Shown here: positions 7,643-12,937 of the stretch, piece after piece
How the letters are laid out: the number at the start of each line of letters is the position of its first letter
How positions within the stretch are numbered: the first letter of the stretch is position 1
Made by a program: the position numbers and the translations under genes
The notes under the pieces: model-generated
The model's database searches: none
What the model was told of the DNA's origin: nothing
Seen by the model: only the letters and a program-made list of their open reading frames with translations
IMG/VR virus record: IMGVR_UViG_3300050498_000097
Location: 66,700-87,125 of that record
Reading direction: 5' to 3' (one strand)
From: a virus
Length of the DNA: 20,426 bases

Positions 7643-8011
7643 GTGACGCTGGAACAGATGAAGATACCAATGAAGTACGGCTGGAGCCGTAGCAGAGGTT
7701 TCAGTCTTCGTGATGTCGAGAACAAGTGGTCCTATCACCTGACCCTTTGGCGCCAGCCCTGGCATCGATGGCTGATATTTAAGATCTACCACTGGTACGA
7801 CATGCGTGTGTACAAGATGCCAGGATTCAAGGTCATTGAGAACTGGCTCCTGTACTGGAAAGGGCGTCGTTATCCGGGAGAGATCTGTCTTCCGTGGAGT
7901 GCTGAACAGGACTGCCGCTGCTACTTCCTCTCAGAGAAGCAGCGAAAGGTACTGCTCAACCTGGAACTGACCAAGGAGCAATACGACGGCCTCAAGGGGC
8001 ACGACGAATAG
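7643..8011 (+). CDS. Trp-rich hypothetical protein
   Basis: 122-aa ORF filling the gap between two tRNA-Thr genes. TATAAT at about 7617. Start uncertain. Confidence 0.7.
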   Translation: MTLEQMKIPMKYGWSRSRGFSLRDVENKWSYHLTLWRQPWHRWLIFKIYHWYDMRVYKMPGFKVIENWLLYWKGRRYPGEICLPWSAEQDCRCYFLSEKQRKVLLNLELTKEQYDGLKGHDE

Positions 8012-8017
8012 CAACAG

Positions 8018-8091
8018 GCCCGCGTAGCACGGCAGGTACGTGCAGCCGCCTCGTAAGCGGAAGGTTCCCGGTTCAAGACCGGGCGTGGGCT
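8018..8091 (+). tRNA. tRNA-Thr(CGT)
   Basis: GCCCGCG/CGTGGGC; GCCGC-CT CGT AA-GCGGA. Confidence 0.88.
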
Positions 8092-8197
8092 CGGGTACTC
8101 CGTTTCGACCACCGGATATGAACCGCAAGGAAATGCGGATGAAATCAGTGATGAGGCTGAGAGTTGCGTTCCGCCGTAGGTGGGAGGAGTACTTCTA

Positions 8198-8266
8198 GGG
8201 GGATGTGCTGGTGCACAGGCTTGACTTGCAATCAGGCCCCGATCGGTTCGATACCGATATTCTCCA
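8198..8266 (+). tRNA. tRNA-Ala(TGC) with truncated D region
   Basis: GGGGGAT/ATTCTCC with G3:U70; CTTGA-CT TGC AA-TCAGG; only 69 nt long. Confidence 0.75.
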
Positions 8267-8491
8267 CGGGTGGTAAGGCCCCCGAAAGGGGTGTATGCGT
8301 CTCATCGAGTCCCTAGGTACCTAGTCTTCCTCTAGGTAGGATGCAGCAGTCGTGCAAGCTGGTGGCTTGCGTGATGTCTTACCGCCCTCTTCTGGTAGAA
8401 GGTCCGGACAGCAAGGATCAAGAACTGAAGCTAGCAGGCTGGCTGGTTGGGCCTGGCGGTGATGAGTGGCTTCAGTCGCCTTCTACCACAT

Positions 8492-8568
8492 GCCGATGCA
8501 CGCTGACGGCTCAAGCGGCCTGACTTAGGATCAGGTGTTTTAGGGTTCGAATCCCTACATCGGCACCA
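8492..8568 (+). tRNA. tRNA-Leu(TAG) with short variable loop, CCA encoded
   Basis: GCCGATG/CATCGGC; CCTGA-CT TAG GA-TCAGG. Confidence 0.88.
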
Positions 8569-8579
8569 AGTAATCAGAT

Positions 8580-8652
8580 GCTTGGGTACTCCAACGGTAG
8601 AGAGGCCCGACTTAAAATCGGGAAAGTATGGGTTCGAATCCCATCCCGAGCA
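8580..8652 (+). tRNA. tRNA-Leu(TAA) with short variable loop
   Basis: GCTTGGG/CCCGAGC; CCCGA-CT TAA AA-TCGGG. Confidence 0.88.
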
Positions 8653-8678
8653 CCTGAATACTCCTGGAGAAAGTCAAT

Positions 8679-8754
8679 GCTTCGTTAGCGTAGTCTGGTC
8701 AAACGCACCTCCCTGTCAAGGAGGAGACCACGGGTTCGAATCCCGTACGAGGCG
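8679..8754 (+). tRNA. tRNA-Asp(GTC)
   Basis: GCTTCGT/ACGAGGC, G73; CCTCC-CT GTC AA-GGAGG. Confidence 0.93.
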
Positions 8755-8763
8755 CAGTACATT

Positions 8764-8852
8764 GGTGGGATGGCCGAGTGGTCAAAGGCGCGGCACTGCT
8801 AATGCCGAGGTCGTCGTAAGGCGGCCCCCGAGTTCGAATCTCGGTCCCACCG
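8764..8852 (+). tRNA. tRNA-Ser(GCT)
   Basis: GGTGGGA/TCCCACC; CGGCA-CT GCT AA-TGCCG; long V-arm. Confidence 0.93.
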
Positions 8853-8857
8853 CACAA

Positions 8858-8932
8858 GGGGATATAACTCAGTCTGGTCAGAGTTCCGATCTGATACATC
8901 GGCGGTCGGAGGTTCAAATCCTCTTATCCCCA
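8858..8932 (+). tRNA. tRNA-Ile(GAT)
   Basis: GGGGATA/TATCCCC; CCGAT-CT GAT AC-ATCGG. Confidence 0.93.
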
Positions 8933-9228
8933 CGAGCAAACTCAGCCATTTCCTGTGGCCAACTGAAAGTTTGCCAATTGCTTGGATCATCAAGCAATGC
9001 TCGTAGCTCAATTAAGAGGGCCTCAATAAGGTCTTCAAACCCAGGGTCTCTTGCCTGACGCAACGCATGACACCTGGTGATTAACGCACACACTTCTTCC
9101 TGCTTGCTCGGCCACAGGACCTGCTCCGAAAATGGTTGATGGTATTTCTTAACATCGAAGTCGACATGGCCCCAGCCACCAGTTTCATCGTCAACCATCC
9201 TGTCGTGACTTATGAAACGCCATGTCAT
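8914..9228 (-). CDS. Hypothetical protein antisense to the tRNA array
   Basis: 104-aa protein-like ORF that fills a lower-GC inter-tRNA gap. Its last codons overlap tRNA-Ile. Confidence 0.6.
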   Translation of the reverse strand: MTWRFISHDRMVDDETGGWGHVDFDVKKYHQPFSEQVLWPSKQEEVCALITRCHALRQARDPGFEDLIEALLIELRALLDDPSNWQTFSWPQEMAEFARGDKRI

Positions 9229-9243
9229 AGGACAACGTTACAT

Positions 9244-9316
9244 GCCCCAGTAGCTCAACGGATAGAGCACCTGACTACGGATCAGGAGGTTGCGCGTTCA
9301 AATCGTGCTTGGGGTA
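9244..9316 (+). tRNA. tRNA-Arg(ACG)
   Basis: GCCCCAG/TTGGGGT; CCTGA-CT ACG GA-TCAGG. Confidence 0.93.
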
Positions 9317-9408
9317 CCGAGGTGCTGGGTATGGCGCCTGAGCGTGAGCTATCTAATGGCCGCAAGTCTCGGCTTCTAGTCGACGGAAGCCAGGCACATA
9401 TCCACTAA

Positions 9409-9492
9409 GGTGGGGATCCGGCTGGATGAGGAGCCTGGTTCGAAGTCAGGTAACAGGTAACACTGTTCGGAGTTCGAGTCTCCGTCCCACCG
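9409..9492 (+). tRNA. tRNA-Ser(CGA)
   Basis: GGTGGGG/TCCCACC; CCTGG-TT CGA AG-TCAGG; long V-arm. Confidence 0.85.
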
Positions 9493-9496
9493 CAAT

Positions 9497-9580
9497 GGAA
9501 GATGACCGGCTGGTCGAGGGGCATCGTTGGAAGCGATGTACAGGGTCACACCTGCACGTGTTCGAATCACGTATCTTCCG
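9497..9580 (+). tRNA. tRNA-Ser(GGA)
   Basis: GGAAGAT/ATCTTCC; CATCG-TT GGA AG-CGATG; long V-arm. Confidence 0.85.
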
Positions 9581-9584
9581 CACT

Positions 9585-9669
9585 GGAGACGCCAGCCGAT
9601 AGGTGCCGGCCGCGAGCTTGAACCTCGTTGGGGGTAACACCCGTGGGAGTTCGACTCTCTCCGTCTCCG
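9585..9669 (+). tRNA. tRNA-Ser(TGA)
   Basis: GGAGACG/CGTCTCC; GCGAG-CT TGA AC-CTCGT; long V-arm. Confidence 0.85.
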
Positions 9670-9674
9670 CACAT

Positions 9675-9747
9675 GCGCCGGTAGCTCAGTGGTCAGAGCT
9701 GGGTTCTCTTAAAGCTCAGGTCGTCGGTTCGAATCCGACTCGGCGTA
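9675..9747 (+). tRNA. tRNA-Lys(CTT)
   Basis: GCGCCGG/TCGGCGT; GGGTT-CT CTT AA-AGCTC. Confidence 0.92.
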
Positions 9748-9775
9748 CGTTGGGGTTATGCTAGGGTGCTTTTCC

Positions 9776-10240
9776 ATGGTCCTTGGGAAGCACTGTAGTA
9801 AGTGTCAAGCAGCAGAGGCATTGCCATACACACACATGTGTCGACCTTGCTACAACGCTCGCATGAACAACTACATGACCGAACGGTACTATCGTCGTCG
9901 CGCAGCAGCCATCAAAGAGTTAGGTGGTCATTGCGCCAAATGCCGGTCACGTGCCGGATTAGAAATCGATCACATTGACCGCACCTTGAAACAGTATTCC
10001 ATTAGCAAGATTCTTGCTTCTGCGCCAGAGGCAAGATATCAACAAGAGCTAAAGAAGTGTCAACTTCTTTGTAGGCGTCATCACAAAGCCAAGTCAAGCA
10101 AAGAGCAGTCCGTCTCTCATGGGACAGGACTTACGGGCAGGAAAAATTGTCGCTGTGAACTGTGCAGGCCACTGAAGAATGCATATATACGGGAATGGAA
10201 GAAGAAGAAAAGGCTCCAGCAACTTACCACCGGCGCCTGA
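9776..10240 (+). CDS. HNH homing-type endonuclease with zinc-finger flanks
   Basis: LGGHCAKC...LEIDHIDRTLK...ELKKCQLLCRRHHKAK and a C-terminal HGT..CRCELC. TGcTAGGGT -10 box 8 nt before ATG 9776 (track start 9758). Confidence 0.88.
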   Translation: MVLGKHCSKCQAAEALPYTHMCRPCYNARMNNYMTERYYRRRAAAIKELGGHCAKCRSRAGLEIDHIDRTLKQYSISKILASAPEARYQQELKKCQLLCRRHHKAKSSKEQSVSHGTGLTGRKNCRCELCRPLKNAYIREWKKKKRLQQLTTGA

Positions 10241-10301
10241 GTGGACGGGCTCCGTACTTTTAATGCGGATTGTGGAGGTTCGAATCCTCTCGGTGGTACC
10301 A
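10226..10301 (+). tRNA. tRNA-Lys(TTT), CCA encoded
   Basis: ACCACCG/CGGTGGT; CCGTA-CT TTT AA-TGCGG. The first 15 nt overlap the end of the HNH ORF. Confidence 0.85.
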
Positions 10302-10302
10302 C

Positions 10303-10373
10303 GCCCTTCGTGCCGGAAGCACAGCCGGGTCTTCTAAACCCAGCATCGCTGAGTTCAACTCTCAGGAGGGGCA
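10303..10373 (+). tRNA. tRNA-Arg(TCT) with truncated D region
   Basis: GCCCTTC/GAGGGGC; GGGT-CT TCT AA-ACCC; CTGAG-TTCAACT-CTCAG. Confidence 0.75.
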
Positions 10374-10393
10374 CTGGTACGATGTAACCACGA

Positions 10394-10464
10394 CGCGGAT
10401 GTGGTGGAGAGGTACCATACCGGGCTCATAACCCGGAGACGCCGTTCGAATCGGACATCCGCCA
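10394..10464 (+). tRNA. Initiator-type tRNA-fMet(CAT) with atypical acceptor/T-stem partition
   Basis: CGCGG start with mismatched first pair; CCGGG-CT CAT AA-CCCGG (three G-C pairs); short T stem. Confidence 0.78.
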
Positions 10465-10533
10465 CTAGGCCTTGGTCCTGGCACCGGGAGTGCCAGGCGC
10501 AAGCTCGGCATACACTCCGAGGCCAGGGTCCTT

Positions 10534-10605
10534 GCCCGTGTAGCTCAGCGGTAGAGCATCGTCTCGACATGGCGGTGGCCCCAGGTTCAAATCCTGGTAC
10601 GGGTA
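10534..10605 (+). tRNA. tRNA-Val(GAC) with C33
   Basis: GCCCGTG/TACGGGT; TCGTC-TC GAC AT-GGCGG. Confidence 0.88.
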
Positions 10606-10649
10606 CGAGGGACCAGTTGGCAGTCCCAGTTCAGCTGGTCCCTCATCAT

Positions 10650-10722
10650 GGAGCCGTAGACTAATGGTCAGGTCCCCTGGCTTTCAATCAGGATGGTGCC
10701 GGTTCGAATCCGGCCGGCTCTA
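10650..10722 (+). tRNA. tRNA-Glu(TTC)
   Basis: GGAGCCG/CGGCTCT; CCTGG-CT TTC AA-TCAGG. Confidence 0.92.
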
Positions 10723-10727
10723 CTCAT

Positions 10728-10809
10728 TCCCCTGTCGCCTAACTGGTATGGCACCGGATTGTTAATCCGACGCAGCAACGCATTGCTGGTTCGAATCCAG
10801 CCGGGGGAG
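10728..10809 (+). tRNA. tRNA-Asn(GTT) with long variable region
   Basis: TCCCCTG/CGGGGGA, G73; CGGA-TT GTT AA-TCCG; ~14-nt variable region. Confidence 0.85.
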
Positions 10810-10830
10810 CATTACACGCAGGAGGTCGTC

Positions 10831-11190
10831 ATGCAGAAGGTCGAGGTCTGGTTTCATCAGGATGGTGACCACCTGGCAATTGTCGAGGTTCCTTGGTGGA
10901 CTGACATCTTCGAAAGGGTCATTGTCAATCGGCTCTGCCCCTGCTGCGGAGTCAGTGGTTGGATCTCGGGCAAATCTGAGAGGGTCGAAGTAGCTTTCTA
11001 CCGGATCTGGAATAAGCTGCTAAACGTCTCGCACACCCGACGCAAGGAGCTGTTCAAGGTTCCGGTAGTAAACGGATGTGTTGCTAGCCATGCTCTTTGG
11101 CCAGAACAGCGGAAAGACACCTGCTTCCGAGACGACTGTGAAAACTGCTGGCACCTGGGAGAGGATGCATTTCAGTACGAAGCGAAATAA
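10831..11190 (+). CDS. Hypothetical protein with CPCC and CxxC motifs
   Basis: SD AGGAGG before ATG 10831. Stop lies 1 nt before the next tRNA. Confidence 0.75.
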   Translation: MQKVEVWFHQDGDHLAIVEVPWWTDIFERVIVNRLCPCCGVSGWISGKSERVEVAFYRIWNKLLNVSHTRRKELFKVPVVNGCVASHALWPEQRKDTCFRDDCENCWHLGEDAFQYEAK

Positions 11191-11191
11191 C

Positions 11192-11266
11192 GCACCAGAG
11201 CCCATCCGGTAGGTGGGGTCTGCCTTATAAGCAGAACGCGGTCGGGTTCAACTCCCACCTGGTGCA
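11192..11266 (+). tRNA. tRNA-Ile(TAT)
   Basis: GCACCAG/CTGGTGC; TCTGC-CT TAT AA-GCAGA; bulged T stem. Confidence 0.8.
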
Positions 11267-11268
11267 CT

Positions 11269-11342
11269 GTGCCTGTAGCTCAACGATAGAGCGCTGGGTT
11301 GTGGCCCCGGATATGCCGGTTTAACTCCGGTCAGGCACCCCA
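11269..11342 (+). tRNA. tRNA-His(GTG), CCA encoded
   Basis: GTGCCTG/CAGGCAC, C73; CTGGG-TT GTG GC-CCCGG; T-loop TTTAACT. Confidence 0.85.
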
Positions 11343-11343
11343 A

Positions 11344-11428
11344 GCCAATGTTGGACAACGGTTGTCCCGCTGCCTGTAAAGCAGTCGCGCTGCGCGCATT
11401 GCAGGTTCGAATCCTGCCATTGGCACCA
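11344..11428 (+). tRNA. tRNA-Tyr(GTA), CCA encoded
   Basis: GCCAATG/CATTGGC; GCTGC-CT GTA AA-GCAGT; long V-arm. Confidence 0.9.
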
Positions 11429-11429
11429 G

Positions 11430-11502
11430 ATCCCTGTAGCTCAACGGATAGAGCACGGTCCTCCGGAGGCCGGTGTAGCTGGTTCGACTCCAGTCAGGGA
11501 TA
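11430..11502 (+). tRNA. tRNA-Arg(CCG)
   Basis: ATCCCTG/CAGGGAT; CGGTC-CT CCG GA-GGCCG. Confidence 0.9.
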
Positions 11503-11511
11503 CTCGACCAA

Positions 11512-11588
11512 GGCCTGCGCCTGTAGCTGGTTGCTGCACTACGCCTGCAAAGCGTGGAATCAATGGAGTTCGATTCTCCCGTGGGTCT
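11512..11588 (+). tRNA. tRNA-Cys(GCA) with atypical D arm
   Basis: GGCCTGC/GTGGGTC, U73; TACGC-CT GCA AA-GCGTG; extended D stem TGTAGC/GCTGCA. Confidence 0.78.
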
Positions 11589-11589
11589 C

Positions 11590-11820
11590 GTGAGCGACAG
11601 AATCCTGCGTCGTACCACCTGCACTGTTCCCGGCCACGGCACCAGCTGTGAGCCATCACAGGAACGGGACAATAGGCACTCCCGCTGCACAGAGGAGCAG
11701 TACGCCTTATCTCTGGAGCTAGCCGCCAACGCCTGCCAATACTGCGAGACGCCGTTTGATCCAGTGCGGTACCGCTGGTTATGTCCGTACTGCCACGGGA
11801 AGAACACCTGTTGCGAATAG
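11590..11820 (+). CDS. Small zinc-ribbon-like protein
   Basis: GTG start; CQYCETPFDPVRYRWLCPYCHGKNTCCE. Confidence 0.65.
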   Translation: MSDRILRRTTCTVPGHGTSCEPSQERDNRHSRCTEEQYALSLELAANACQYCETPFDPVRYRWLCPYCHGKNTCCE

Positions 11821-11837
11821 CTGTCCACTGTGGTCTT

Positions 11838-11907
11838 GCCGAGCGGCCTTGGGTGCCATCTGCCTTTCATACGGGCGGCTTGCCCAGTTCAAATCTGGGG
11901 CTCGGTA
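11838..11907 (+). tRNA. tRNA-Met or Ile2 (CAT) with truncated D region
   Basis: GCCGAGC/GCTCGGT; TGCCT-TT CAT AC-GGGCG; CCCAG-TTCAAAT-CTGGG. Confidence 0.72.
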
Positions 11908-11908
11908 C

Positions 11909-12349
11909 GTGGAGAATTTCCCCAAGTCCATGGCTGATGTCTACAGGGCGTCGGGCACAGAGCAGACGATCACAGATCACCGGGTTGAGGCGAGTTATGG
12001 TGGTGGCATCTGTCCCGAGCAACACTGGGGCATCCTTACGGACGGCCGTAGTTTCTACTACCGCATGCGACATGGGTCTGCATCCCTGTGTCTAGGGCCA
12101 GTGGGCTCAGATCCTGGTAAAGACCTGCCAGCCGTGAATCCGGACTGGGTCAGGGCCGATTTTGACGCTGCATACGACGCCGGGAAAGAGTACCCACACT
12201 CATTTTTCCTGGGCCCACGCCCGTACCTTGAGGTTTACCCAGATGACCCCCTGGTCGGGTGGTTTGAGACTGACGAGGATCGACAGGATACGTTCACCAA
12301 GCTCCTGAACGAGATTGACGGTCCCGTCTCATATAGCACTGGTCCCTGA
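11909..12349 (+). CDS. Hypothetical phage protein
   Basis: CPEQHWGILTDGRSFYYRMRHG motif. Start is GTG 11909 or ATG 11930. Confidence 0.75.
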   Translation: MENFPKSMADVYRASGTEQTITDHRVEASYGGGICPEQHWGILTDGRSFYYRMRHGSASLCLGPVGSDPGKDLPAVNPDWVRADFDAAYDAGKEYPHSFFLGPRPYLEVYPDDPLVGWFETDEDRQDTFTKLLNEIDGPVSYSTGP

Positions 12350-12356
12350 AAACCGC

Positions 12357-12385
12357 TTGCGCACCCGGACATCCTCCTGTAGGAT
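12357..12385 (+). promoter_or_regulatory. Promoter of the Y RNA-rsr unit
   Basis: TTGCGC-N17-TAGGAT. Confidence 0.6.
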
Positions 12386-12421
12386 TGTCGTCGTACCTCG
12401 GTACCTTGACTTTTGAATAGA

Positions 12422-12563
12422 TGTTGCCGGATCCGAAGATCAGGGTTACTTCGCCTGTTAAGCGGGAGATCGCAGAGTTCGAATCTCTGCCTGGGGCTTT
12501 GGTCCCAGTAGCTTAGTGGCAAAGCGCCTAACGTGTCCTTGGTCGCCATGTTGCCCGGCAACG
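12422..12563 (+). ncRNA. yrlA: YrlA-type Y RNA with a circularly permuted tRNA-Asn-like domain
   Basis: Terminal stem GTTGCCGG/CCGGCAAC, Ro-site-like ATCCGA...TTG and TTACTTC. Then an anticodon-like arm (CT GTT AA), T arm GCAGA-GTTCGAAT-CTCTGC, loop-closed acceptor CTGGGGC-TTTG-GTCCCAG and D arm TAGCTTAGTGGCAAAGC. Directly upstream of a TROVE gene. Confidence 0.9.
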
Positions 12564-12575
12564 TCACACAAGCTT

Positions 12576-12660
12576 TGCTGCCAGATCCGCAGGTTCGGGT
12601 TACTTCATCGAAAATTGGTTTCGAACCCAAGGTCCTGAGCCGATTAGTCGTCTGGCAGCA
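12576..12660 (+). ncRNA. Y RNA copy 2 (T-arm-like remnant only)
   Basis: TGCTGCCAGA/TCTGGCAGCA stem, TCCG, GGTTCGGG/CCTGAGCC, TTACTTC, TTGGT-TTCGAA-CCCAA. Confidence 0.8.
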
Positions 12661-12669
12661 TAAAGACTT

Positions 12670-12742
12670 TGGCGCAGGTCCGAAGGACGGGGCTACTTCA
12701 TCCAATCAGAAAATGCCTCGCCCGCCTCTGTTGTCTGTGTCA
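12670..12742 (+). ncRNA. Y RNA copy 3 (minimal, no tRNA-like domain)
   Basis: TGGCGCAGG/TCTGTGTCA stem, GTCCGA...TTG, CTACTTC. Confidence 0.78.
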
Positions 12743-12753
12743 CCATGTACCAC

Positions 12754-12866
12754 GTTGCTAGATCCGATAGGTTTGGGTTACTTCAAAGGTTCAATTCCTT
12801 TCTTTCCCACCAAACATGGGAAAGCCGCCTGGTGCGGATACCTGAGCCGCCTAGTTGCCTAGCAGC
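12754..12866 (+). ncRNA. Y RNA copy 4 (T arm, acceptor-like stem and D-like arm)
   Basis: GTTGCTAG/CTAGCAGC stem, ATCCGA...TTG, TTACTTC, AAAGG-TTCAATT-CCTTT, TTTCCCA/TGGGAAA, CCGC-CTGGT-GCGG. Confidence 0.82.
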
Positions 12867-12876
12867 ATTAATACCC

Positions 12877-12916
12877 AGGGGCCGGATCCCATCAGGATCC
12901 CGGCCCCTTATTTCTT
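12877..12916 (+). terminator. Terminator-like hairpin between the Y RNAs and rsr
   Basis: AGGGGCCGG...CCGGCCCCT followed by TATTTCTT. Confidence 0.6.
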
Positions 12917-12937
12917 GTCCCTGGAGAGGAGAGAGCA

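Noticed and set aside
9585-9669. Possible suppressor or selenocysteine tRNAs (TGA, TAG and TAA triplets in loops)
   Set aside because: These are anticodons read 5'-3' (Ser UGA, Leu UAG, Leu UAA). No TCA, CTA or TTA anticodon was found, so there is no evidence of stop-codon reassignment.
4832-11870. Many short track ORFs overlapping tRNAs (e.g. 4922, 5238, 6128, 7098, 8582, 9376, 10401, 11331)
   Set aside because: They are translations of tRNA sequence (GSNP, FES and VRI-type peptides), not genes.
12420-12870. CRISPR-like array suggested by the repeated GGGTTACTTC
   Set aside because: Repeats are short and degenerate, sit within self-closing stems, and no cas genes are present. Y RNA scaffolds explain them better.
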